Below, piece by piece: positions 24,054 to 35,543 of a stretch of 64,000 nucleotides of DNA; the stretch's first letter is position 1, and every line of letters starts with the position of its first letter. Below the pieces are notes generated by a model that worked only from the letters and a program-made list of their open reading frames with translations, did not search any database and was not told the origin of the DNA. Source of the DNA: Selaginella moellendorffii (lineage: Eukaryota > Plantae > Lycopodiophyta). The translations under genes were made by a program, and so were the position numbers. The stretch covers positions 186,001-250,000 of the forward strand of contig NW_003314273.1 of NCBI RefSeq assembly GCF_000143415.4, written 5' to 3'.

Positions 24054-24659
24054 TTATTTACCTGATGGTTTGTCTTGTATGACCTTCCTCCGCTGCTCTT
24101 TGGCCACCTCAGGCTGGCCATCGTCGTCATCATCGTCATCGTCGTTATTGTGATCGTCACCATTGTGAGGACCATCCAAGTCCTCTTCGTCCTCCTCTTC
24201 TTCATCCTCCTCTTCTTCGTCCTCCTCTTCTTTGTCCTCCTCTTCGTCCTTCTGCTCTTCCTGCTCATTATCTTTCTCTGGCTCCTCATCCCCCTCTTGC
24301 ATTTCTTCCATAGGCTGCTCAGGTTGGATTGCTTGTTTTTCCAGGACCATCTTGGAAAAATCATCTGGCCGAGTCTCCATCTCAAAATACAAGACATCCA
24401 TAGCCTGTTTTAGTGCGTGACCTAGGACCGTATCCTCACCCGACTGTCTTAACATGGTTTCTGCACGTTCTTGCACCCTTCGAAGACGACGAGATGAGAA
24501 AAACGTGGCCCTGACTTGAAAAGCATCCCTCATCCATTGTACCTCTCCATTGAGATTGGGGAAGGGGAGTCCGCCATAGGAATCTGAGTCAGAAGGTGGT
24601 GACTGGCTCCTTTCACTCAGCCCTTGATCTGCAATGAATGGTATGAGCACACACGCCAT
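24054..24659 (-). CDS. Transposon cargo exon with long acidic (D/E) tract
   Basis: ORF with EEDEEEEDEEEEDEED...DDDDDDD, flanked by splice-like signals, same strand as neighbouring cargo exons. Confidence 0.55.
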   Translation of the reverse strand: MACVLIPFIADQGLSERSQSPPSDSDSYGGLPFPNLNGEVQWMRDAFQVRATFFSSRRLRRVQERAETMLRQSGEDTVLGHALKQAMDVLYFEMETRPDDFSKMVLEKQAIQPEQPMEEMQEGDEEPEKDNEQEEQKDEEEDKEEEDEEEEDEEEEDEEDLDGPHNGDDHNNDDDDDDDDGQPEVAKEQRRKVIQDKPSGK

Positions 24660-25104
24660 AACCGCGAGGCATTACCTATCATCTTTTCGTTGCCCTTCTT
24701 CCTTTTCGAATCAAACGCCTCTGATCCCGACGACTGTCCAACGTGCTTTCGCTTTTTATGACCACTGTCAGTTTGAGCTTGGCTGGTGCTTGCCTGTTTT
24801 GCCTTTGAAGAAGTGTCTCCTGCAAGGAATGGCATGAGACCACACGCCATTGCAAATATAATTTGTACCTCCTTTTTTCCTATTGCTTGTCTGTTTGTCC
24901 TTCTTCGACGCGCCACCAGTGCGCTTTTCAGTCCTCGTGTCTGAATATTCACAACGATCTATAATCAAAATGGCGTGAGGCCTCACGTGACCTTACCTTG
25001 TGCAGGTTGTGACCTCGGCCTAACATCAGTAGCTGTTAATGCCGTTTCAGCATCTGGGGGTGGCCACGCTCCTGCATACAGAGCTTGTGAGATAACATTT
25101 AAAC

Positions 25105-27684
25105 TTAAAGTGCGTACTCACCAGGTTCGTAGAGAAGATACTGTTTTTCTTTGGCAACTGTAATTATATGCTCCATTGAAGTCACCTCTTCAATGGAGTT
25201 TGTCACCGCAACACATGGGACACCCTTGAGTAGTGCGGCTCGAAAGAATAGTCCGCTGCAGTTGTACTCGACAACGCATTTGCCCTTGGAGTCACCCGCT
25301 ATTGCGTTGAAGACCCAGCTGAGCATTTCCCATGCTGCACCTGGAGCTTTCTTTGGATTCGAAAGCTCCATAGCCGTCTTCAGTTCCTCAGGCACGGGTA
25401 AATTGACCTCCCTCAGATCAATTCAATCGGCTTTGTTGAACGAAGCTGGGAAGTCACTCCAGTCCCACTCTGCTGCAGGACCAATAACAAGGGCGACTGT
25501 GAAGATGCGGACATTCGTCGGTATCTTCTTCTTAGCCATTATCCCATGGATCTCCCGCATCTCCTTGCCTTTCAACCGAGCCTTCACCTCGTTCAAGGCC
25601 TTCCAGAACTTGTGATAGGATTCGGAGTCGTAGATCATATAGTGGACTGAAGATTCCACCTCCGCAAGTCCCACCATTAAGTCAATGATGGAGCTGACTT
25701 CGTCTGCATGAGTGATCTCCTCGTTTGTGAAGTCCATCACACAAAAGATGTTCTTGACCTGCTCATCTCCGCGGGAAACGATGCTCCTCCACCTTTGATC
25801 CTCATCCGAATTCACGTATACCCGGTAAGGTTCTCGATAGGCCTCTGCTGCGGGGTCGAGCTGTTTCTGAAGCCGGCGGTCGACATCCCACTTAATGAAA
25901 TTTGGATACTGATCCAACTTCTCAGCTTTACTTTTCGTGGCATCCCGCAGCAGATCGATGAACTTGGGGGCCCCCTTCACGTACTCGTCGATGTCTTCAT
26001 TTGACAAGTCCAGCTCTTCCATCATCTCTTGCGTGGTGTCGATGCTCACCCTCGCCACGGCCACTTGCTTGAAGATCCAATCCTTCAATAGCGCACGAGC
26101 TCTCAGAGTCGTGCACAAGTCCTCGTATGTCACAATATGGCCGGGAGTCATTTTGGTCTTGTTGAAGACTACCTCACCACGTAGAAGAGCATTAGCCACT
26201 GTCAGAAGGTCGTCGTCGTCTAGAGACCGCGAGAAACGCAAGGCGTTGAGCTTCAAATCATTGGGCTTCCGGCCGTCCTCCACACCCATTGAGTTTAGCA
26301 ACTCCCCGTCATGGTACTTCCTTAGCACATCTACCCATTTGTCAAAAACAACTTTTGTCGCGAGTAGAATGTTATGGATGCTGAGTGTGTCATTGACCCC
26401 CAGTGTTTTCGAGAGAAGACTCGAGAATTCCTGCAATGGAAATGGCGTGAGGCCACATGCTATGCCACATGCAACGAGGCTTACCTGCCAGGCGCTAGTT
26501 GCTAGTGCACGTCCTTGTCCTGGTTTTTGTGGCTTCTTCAGTTGAACCCAGAGCTTCCGTGTTCGTGCCAATGTCTCGTGCAGACCCGATTTGTAGCACG
26601 TTTCTTGCTTGACATTCTGCGCGTGGGAGATGTATATGATAGATCGGAGGGGCGAGTTGCCTTTTATCAGGCGGACAACTCTTGTCTTGAAGACTTTCTT
26701 CACCTCCTCGCCCACCATAATATCCACAACTATCTGTTGCATCGCCAAGCTAGAATGCTGCCCGGAGACGGCATAGAACCGGATGTTCTGATCGTCCAAC
26801 ACCTTCCTATTGATCAAGTCTGGAAACCTCGTCTCGCCCTTCATTGTTCGGTAGTAGGGGATCACGTCTGCGATGTCGGGTGTTACTGGACTTGCCAGCA
26901 TCTTCTGCTTCAGTTTCTCCACCCACTCATCAGATACTAGCCTGTGGTTGTATTTGCTTTGGATCTCGATACGGCTCACGTCGATTGTATATACTTTGTT
27001 GGAATAGTAACAAGTACTATTATCTGCGACGATTTTTGCTGCCTCTTCTTGCTCTTTCTGCTCTTTGCGGCTCTTCTTTTTGGTGGGTGTAGTGTTCGAA
27101 CCCGAGGCAATGGCATCACCGAGTAGCTTCTTTTTTGGAGCAGCAGAGTCGGACGTCGGCTTGAGCTTGACCACCCTTTTCTGCTTCGGGGTAGTTTCCA
27201 GATCGACCCCCTTCCCCTTCGCTTCGCTAACTGGAGGCACTCTCAACGGCTCAATGTTGGAATATAGTTTTTGAACATCGCCGTAGGTGAGGTCCGTGGA
27301 TTCCATGTGATCTTCATAGACCCGCAGCGTCTTTGAAATTGTGGGCCTCCTGGACAACCTCTCCCTAGCTCCCTTTAGGAATTCCTCATAGCCGCTGCCC
27401 CCCTCCGGGAAGCCGCTAGGATGTGCAAGGTGGATCTTGAAGGCGGACGCTGTCTCTACCACAAGTGCCAGTCCATATTCTTGCATGGAACTGCATGGAG
27501 TGTCTGTCACTTGGATGAGGATCCCCATGCATTCTTTTCTCCCACCATCTGTGTTGTACAGCATCAGATCCTCGCCTTCCATCCCGAAAGTCCAACTGGT
27601 GAGCTCCTCCCCCTTCTCTGCATCCACATTGACAGTGGCTGGAAGAAGAACGCAATTCCTCGCCTGTTCAGAAATGCACAACAA
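25105..27684 (-). CDS. Transposon cargo: large protein with ParB/Srx-like domain and degenerate beta-class DNA MTase-like C-terminus (one in-frame TGA at 25423-25425)
   Basis: 753-aa ORF continuing in frame into 25105..25395. ParB-like pattern YTIDVSRIEI..YNHRLVSDEWVEKLKQKM...FYAVSGQHSSLAM...RVVRLI...ISHAQN. C-terminal LSWVFNAIAG..GKCVVEYNCSGLFFRAALLKGVPCVAVT. 54-nt in-frame GT-AG intron near 26431-26484. Confidence 0.6.
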
Positions 27685-29488
27685 TTAGAGCTGACAGATG
27701 AAAAGCTAGCAGCTGGAAATAACGTGAGGCCACACGCCATTCACCACTGCATCAGATGTCTTGAGGCTGCATCCTAAGATGGCGTGAGGCTACACGCCAT
27801 CTGTAACCGGACTGCACTCGAGAGCCCAATCAGTGCATGCCAATGTTGCTACTGAATGGCATGTGGCCTCATGCCATTTTCTACTTCGTCTAAAAGACTT
27901 ACCATTTGAAGCCGAATGGAGGCCGTGACAATCGAGGCCGGACTCGCTGGCGAATGTGCACTGTGTGTGCAGCGGATCATAGCAGCAAGGCTACTCTGCC
28001 ACTTACAGTTGGAGAGTGGTGCTGAAATCTCCCGGGACGCCAAGTGGGCTGCGTGTGGGTGGTGGAGTGGGCGGCGGAGTTGGCGGCGAAGTTACAAACT
28101 GGGTGTGTCTTGAAGTGGACGCCGATGCACACGAGCGCGATGCGAGCGCGAGTGTGATGCAAGCGCGAGTGGACGCCGATGCACACGAGAAACCTGTAGA
28201 GAAGTGAGCGTGATCGCGAGTGGGAGCGCGATGCGAGCGGGAGCGCGAGTGTGATGCGAGCGCGAGCGCGAGTACAAAGCAAAATGCAAAACCTAACCTC
28301 ACACGCGCGAAATGTCACAACGGTTGGTAATCCCGCCACGTCATCATTCCTCGGACTTGGGCGCCACCATTAATTTCTGGATTGCCGCGCGTATGCAAGC
28401 ACGCAAAATCCAAAAGAAATCCGCAACGTCATCATTCCTCGGATTGCATGCACGCGAAATCCAAAAGAAAGATCATGATTGGGATATCATTTAATACCCT
28501 CGCTATATTTATACCATGCATGATTGGATATTCCAAAGCATCTTGTATTTCCAAAAATGGCAGATGTTCAGCTAAATAAAGAAATTCTATCTGTTTCTAT
28601 TTTTCTCTCAAATCAATATTATAGCTTGTGGGCTCATGCAATTTTGAACCAAAGAAACCCAAAAAACGTTGGACCCAAAATATTTTGAAAAAACCCAAAA
28701 AACCCTAAACATTTTAAACCCAAAAATCCAGGCGTCCTGTGGCGTTATTCCTTCAATGGCGTGTGGGCGCATGCCATTTTCAGGGCCAAATGCTGAATGG
28801 AGAAAAATTCCCTTTCAATGCAAATGCTGCAAGAGGCAGATGCCGAGCACAAAGGACTGTAACTACCTCACATGACACAGATAAACTTTTCTCTATTTAG
28901 CAAAGATAAACTTTATAGCGTGTGGGCTCATGCAATTTTGAACCCAAGAAATGCACCAAAAAATTCTCGGCGTCATCTGGCATTATCTCTTGAATGGCGT
29001 GGGGCCGCATGCCATTTTCAGGGGCACATAGGAGTATATTCCTAGGATATTTTGACACGCGCGAGATTTTTTTGAGTTTTCTGGAGATCCAACCGTTAGA
29101 TCGCAACTAGATTTTACAGAATGGTATACAATGTCTTTCTTGATGACCCTGCAAAGAAGTATCTCGATCGGACACCACATGAGACCACACGAGCCTTACA
29201 ATGTTTTAGGGGCATTTGCCATAGATCCGACCGTTATTTTGCTCCAAGATTTTACAGTTTGGTGTGCATTGACCTTTCCATCGACACTGCAAAGGGACAT
29301 CACAATCAGATGCGGGATCACAAGAAACTAACTTCACTAACTCTGGTTTCACCAAGATCTACGTAAGGAGTTATGAAATGAAAGGACCCTCTCTATTGAA
29401 ATGTGTTTATGGTCCTAGGGGCATTGTGACATATCAAAGGATTTTGCATTAAGTTCTGTATTTGCATGTTTATCAAGCTACTGAATTG

Positions 29489-29521
29489 CTAAACCCTAAA
29501 CCCTAAACCCTAAACCCTAAA
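29489..29521 (+). repeat. Interstitial plant telomere repeat CTAAA(CCCTAAA)4
   Basis: ctaaaccctaaaccctaaaccctaaaccctaaa read directly. Confidence 0.95.
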
Positions 29522-30846
29522 CATGTGGCAAATGCTGCGTGAAGAAAGATGCCCTTTCTGGGCAAATGCTGTAAGAGGCAGATGCCGAGCAGATGTATCT
29601 CAGGCTAGCGAAGGGGACAAACGAAAGCTAGCTATAAACATGACGGGATGCAAATAGATTACTAGGCTGGTCCTGCGAAAATCAAAAACCATAATTGAAA
29701 ACATTGAAAATGCAAAAAGAAAGGTTTATAATATTTTTGAATTTTAGGCAACCAAAAGAATGTAAGTAGGGCATGTGTTTGTAAGTTTAAAAATGCCTCA
29801 ACCACTTAAATTCCCAAGTAAATAAAGCTGTTTCTATTTTTGGTATAGGTAAACTTTATAGCGTGTGGGCTCATGCAATTTTGAACCCAAAAATGCACCA
29901 AAAAATGCTCGACTAGCATTATTCTTTGAATGGCGTGTGGCCTTATGTCGAGCATTATTCTTTGAATGGCGTGTGGCCTTATATTGCCATAAATGGACGT
30001 ACACACACAGCATAATTATTCCTTTACACGGCGAATAATCTTGGCGCGGATCACTGACATGGCATGGCAAAGTTCGAATCACTGACATGGCACAGCTGGA
30101 TCGAGGCAAGGACATGATGTGACAAAGTTCAACCTCCGACAGCAAAGTCTAGAAGCTACTCAGTTTGAAATTTGTCAGAGGAATCATAAGATCTGGTTTG
30201 TCAGAGGATTTGATGTGACGTTCAAGCGTGTGTTATTTTTGAATTCTCGAACTCATTCCTATTATTTTTGTGCGCCGTGTTCTTGGTTCCGCTGAGCGCA
30301 GTGAGCGCTGCTTGTGTAAGCGGCGTTGTGGGCTGTGGTTTATGTGTCTACGAGCGGTTGCGGCATTGCGAGCGCCATTGCGAGCGACAGTTTATGTGAG
30401 TGGCAGTTTGTGCGAGCGGCGCTACGAGCAGTTGCGGTGTTGCGAGCGGCGCTACGAGTAGTTGCGGTGTTGCGAGCGGCACTGTCTTTGGTGTGGCTAC
30501 CGCTTCCTCTTGATATTCGGCACTTGTGCTTCCTGGTATGTTCACCATGGAATGGCTTAGGACCACATTTAGAAATGGCATGAGGCCACATGCCATCTTG
30601 GGCCCTTGCAATTTCATGGCTAGCGTATTGTCATGTATGTTTTTACTTGCCTGCAGCTGTGTGTATATCAAGATGGCATGAGGCCTCATGCCAATTTTGT
30701 GAATGCGAAATTTCACGTGGGTGTCAATAGCATGTTTGAATAATGGCATGTGGCCTCATGCTATTGAGGTTGTTTGGTATGTTATGATTTAGGCCATTTT
30801 CCAATCATTTTTTGTATGGTCTTAACTTCTTTTCCGCACTTTCAGA

Positions 30847-33800
30847 ATGGCCTTCAGGGTTGGGGAAAAGGTTTACATTTTGAATGGTGGGAAGAGAGTT
30901 GCAAAAGGGACCCTTGTGTCTATGGATCGGAACTTTGTTATACACTGTCAAAGGCTTGGGGAAGGCAATGCTGCTGTATCAGTAGAGACTGTCTTGGATG
31001 GGAATGTGGTCGCTATTGAACGAGGAGAGATGGTCGTCGGGGTAAATGTTGTTGTTGCCTTGAAAAATCTTCAGAAGAAAGCAGATGTTGGGGACAACGC
31101 AAGTGCGACGCATGTTCCCTCCGTGGATCTTAAGAACCGTGCTACATGGATTCAGGCAAAAGTGTTTCTAAACAACCCCGAGGGGGAGGTGGTAGCTGAG
31201 GGCTTAGCCACAGTTGTCGATCCAAGAGATGCGGTTGCTAATCAAGAATTGGGCTGGGATGATATTGGAGTTGCGATTTTAGAGGTTGTTGACACAGAAG
31301 AAAACAGTCTGACTATTGGAAGCATTGTGCGGTGGAAATTGAGGCACTTAGTGTTTGAGAATGTGAAGGATTCACAATCAAACACCACTACAACTGATGA
31401 CAGAACATCTCTTCATGGGAAAAGAAAGTACACCTTCCTAAAGCGCAGCCAAAGGGATCTGAGCAACGAACCGAAAAGGCAGAAAATGGCAATAGAGGTT
31501 CGAATGGTCTCGACAGTTGCTTGTTGCAAGAGGAGGTGCTGTCAACATGCTGATTGGGATGCTATTGAAGAGGAGAGAGCAAGATACAAGACATTGTCCT
31601 GGAAGGCAGCTCGCAATTTTGTGTATGAGGCATTACGGTCATCTGTTGATGCTTCAGAACATCAGGTGGGGGGCATGGTCTTCCAGAGGGGTTTGGTCTG
31701 CATGAAGGCATGGAGAATCATTTATGGAGTCCCTCGAACCATATTCTACAGAATCAAAACTGAGTTCAAGGAACAAAGGGTTCAACAGGCAGTCCATGGG
31801 AACGACGGTACGCACAAAACCAGGGGTCATGTTGTATATGGAGAGGCAATCTTCAAGAGGTTTGTCGAGACATGTAGCGAGCAGCAACCACATAAAACCC
31901 GCCTCTTGGAAGATGGAACACGAGACACCCAACGAGTTCTCCCTTCCATGTATACCAAGGGGGCCATATTGGAAGATGTGAATCGGGAACTCTAGAGTAA
32001 TGGCTACAGGAAGCTGAGCCAATCTAGATTTAGTAGATTGTGGAGCAACAGGTTCAGGGATGTGAGTATAGGAAAGTACTCCAGCTTTTCAAAGTGTGAC
32101 GAGTGCACTGCTATCAAAATGGCTTTGTCGAAGAATTCTTGCAGCGCTTAAGAGCGAGAGACGTTGGTTAGAAGGCGGCTCGACCACAACATCGAGCAGA
32201 GAAGCTGCAGGACTGCATATTATCATAACAGGATTCTCTCCATGGAGAGACCTGACTCTTACCTCTGCATCATCCACGACAAAATGGACCAGAAAAAGAC
32301 GTGCTTACCTCGACTCAATCCTGCCCCCAAGGCAATCTCTTCATCCATGCAGCTGCCTGTGTCTCTGTTTGGCATAATCGCTCATGGGCATGGTGCCCAG
32401 AACTATGGGAACTTCTTTGTATCTCTATGGGGTGGCGGGGGTGCAAACATGATGATTGCGTCCCTAGCAAAACACTTAAGCTCTCTGCAAAGTGCGCAGA
32501 CTGAGCTGAACGGCCAACCCTTGCATAAGGCCCTTGTCGATCGAACCCCATACAAGGTTCAGCTGGAGGAGGAGCAAAGGCTTGCAGTATCGCGTGGGGC
32601 CCCATGCCATCCCAGTGAATATGTTGGCCGTCAGATTGTAGGGTTATCACGTGAGGCCTCATGCCATTCCGACGAGGCTGGTTGCCCGGTGAATGCACAG
32701 CCTCATCCAAACGAAGCAGAATCTCAAGGAAGTTCTTGCGGCCGATGTGGCCTTCCACCCCATCTTCTGCTCCAAATAGACAATGCTGGCAGTGAGAACA
32801 AAAACATGTACGTCTTCGCGTACTTGGCGATGCTTGTTGCCAAAGGCATATTTGAAACGGTTACACTTGGCTTTCTCATGGTTGGGCACACTCATGAAGA
32901 CGTCGATGCCATGTTCAGTCACCTGGCAGAGTCCCTCCGGCGATCCAATGTCCTCACCCTCCCACAACTCTACGATGAATTCCAAAATTGCATCAAAGGC
33001 ACTGTTGAAGCTGCACTTCTGACAGAGGTTCCAGACTTTAAGGGGTTTGTAAGAGGCTACATCAGGGACGGATCCGAAACGCTAATTGGCCACTCCAAGC
33101 CTCTTCAGTTTCATTTCAGCATGCGTGACGATGCTCCAGTGATGAGGTACAAGATGAGAGAATGGGACACAGTGTGGCTGCCAGTGGACGGCATTGAACT
33201 CTTCAAGAGAGATCCCATAACTGGGGAACCTATGATTCCTTAGGGTTCCCCACGGCCGATGCACCCGGATGGACTCAAAGACCAGGAAAGTATAGTGGCC
33301 GGGATTAGACAGCATATTGCCTTCTGGAAGAGGGGGTTGGTGTTTGGTGGAGAATCCTATTTTCAGAGGTGCAAGCCTTTGCTCGAATACTGGGAGAAGA
33401 TTATATCTGCTATCCAAAATGGGCCGGTTATATATGAAGAATTGGAAGAGTCCTTTTGGCCAGAACCCAGAGCACCAGATAGTAGTGGAACAATGTCCTC
33501 TGGAAATGCAGTGACAGATAACGATGTTGAGGATCACTATTGTGGGCCAAGGAACAAGAAGCCGGATTCAGCATTCAATCCAGTACAGGTCTGCAAAGGA
33601 ATGGTCGTGCTTGTCAGACCCAGTAATAAAAAACAAATGATATGGGTGGGGCGCTGCATCACTGATGCAGAGGAGGACGCGGAAACTAACTCCTTCAATG
33701 TAACTGTGGAGTGGTTCAAGCCAAGTTCCGGATATACGAAGGATTGCCTAGAAAAGAGATGGGTGCTGAATCCAAGGGATCCCAGCATGAGCATATCGGT

Positions 33801-33915
33801 GGATAATGTTGTGCATGGTTGGATGCGGAAGCAGAGTGCCACCATCACCTTGCCAGACCATGCAAGAGATGCAGCAAGAGCATTCATAACCCGGGTTCAA
33901 GGTGAGATTCATTAA
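30847..33915 (+). pseudogene. Sola-like (DUF7869-type) DDD transposase, single frame of about 1020 codons with three stops (31993 TAG, about 32149 TAA, 33241 TAG)
   Basis: ORFs 30847, 32164 and 33259 share a frame. Motifs CCKRRCC, VCMKAWRIIYGV, FSKCDEC, IIHDKMDQ, LQIDNAGSENKN, FLMVGHTHEDVDAMFS. Superfamily assignment is from memory of motifs only. Confidence 0.8.
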
Positions 33916-35543
33916 TATTCCTTTACTAAGTTTCTAATGTATTTTATTTCAAGGTGAACAATCCGAATCTGAATCAGAGGAGGCGTGATGGCATGTGGCC
34001 TTACGCCATTCCTAGGTGAGATGATACAAATAACAAGTATAAATTCTTAGTTGTTCTAGCAAATCTTACTTAAAGTTCAAGGTGAACAAGCCGAATATGA
34101 ATTCATCGGATTGTTATAACAAATTGCGAGGTGATGGCATGAGGCGATACGCCATTTGAGAGTGGTAGCCATTCCTATATGAGGTGAGTGAAGTATTTAT
34201 TAGAAATACCTCATTCAATTGTGCACTTCTAAGTCTTGGTCCACTTAGTACTGTTTGCATGTTTTTATTTTAATTCTTTCTCTAAAATGTTATTTAGCAT
34301 GTGGCTTCATGCCATTGCTCTCCACAATCATGCATTGAATTTCTATCCTTGCATAATACTTCTCCATATATATAGCATGTGCGCACATGTGATATGGTTC
34401 ATTAGGCCTGATATAGTGTGTGAGGTAAAACAAAGATGATGTGACATATGCATTTACCAATCACACGTGCATAAATCTAATAATATGGCGTGTGGCCCAT
34501 ATTAATGGCACATAAACCCATATTGTGGGCTTACGTGCTTTATGTACCATCATTCCCTTGCAGCGTGTGTGTTGGTTTCCTTTTATAACACAACGAACTC
34601 CATATTTTAGGGTGAAGAGCGTTCTCATGGCAAGCACAAAATCTGTAAGTGAGGCAGAAAAGGAGACGGAGAAGGAGATAGGTGAAGATGTAGAATATAT
34701 AAGTCTTCCAAACTCCCCGTACTATACTCCAGGTGATCATTTTTCTGAACAAACGGCAACATTAACAACTATCGAGAACGCCCCAGTAACGTCAGAGACA
34801 ACAATCCAAAGCAAAACAACTGACCCGGAGAAGGATGATAGTACCGCTGAGAGTACCAAAAAGGAGGTGTCCACTAGCGCTTAGGCTTATAATGGCGTGT
34901 GCCCTCATGCCATTTACTTGATCACCAAATACCTTTTTCCCTTTGCACTAGTATATCTTAATACCGGTCTGAGAAATAGAATGGCATGTGCCCTCAGGCC
35001 TTTTACTAAATCACCTTTGAAAGAAATGCAAGCCTCTATGTCGTAAAAAAAAGGTACTAGAGAAATTCCTTAATAATATGAATGTTATTTAGTTTCATGA
35101 AAATACACTAAGGGTCAAATGAGTTAAATGACTTCTCCAGACTAGCAATGCCTCTTGCTACACCTTCACAATTAGATTCGTTAGAAAAAGATAACATTGA
35201 ATAATATCTAAATGTTCTCACCATTAAGTTATATGTCTGGCTAATAGGAATGATGTTCATCTTGGAAAGCTCACCACACGCTCAATGAACAAACAAATAG
35301 TGTGTGCGCGCATGCCATCGCTCTTCTTTAGCTTCAGATTCGGCTTGTTCACGTTGACAATGAGATTTATTATACAACTAGATGGACTCAGTCTGGACAT
35401 AAGGTCACCGCGCTAGTCACCATGCCCCAGATATGTCTAGCCCCTGGACAAAAAACATATAATTTCACGTCATTTTCAAATACTTGAAAATTTGTACCTA
35501 GTCCCATTTTACTGAATAAATCCCACTTTAACGAAATAGAGCA

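Larger units (their letters stand above)
21858..35543. mobile_element. 13.7-kb TIR DNA transposon with Sola-like DDD transposase and cargo gene(s)
   Basis: Perfect 22-bp TIR GCTCTATTTCGTTAAAGTGGGA at 21860-21881 and 35521-35542. TTCTA direct repeat at 21853-21857 and 35544-35548. Removing the element restores integrase FWRTLLEQYRTKLKFSTAYHPQ. Confidence 0.9.

Noticed and set aside
31993-33243. In-frame stops in the transposase as programmed readthrough or U-to-C editing
   Set aside because: The same transition-type stops occur in the neighbouring retro gag-pol; methylation-driven C>T decay is simpler, and such editing is organellar.
22244-35320. Palindromes read as a CRISPR array
   Set aside because: Irregular spacing from tens to over a thousand bp, located within introns and CDS, no cas genes, eukaryotic context.
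21860-35542. Helitron, Replitron or CACTA identity for the large insert
   Set aside because: It has perfect TIRs and a flanking duplication, no HUH or helicase motifs, and termini that are not CACTA/CACTG.
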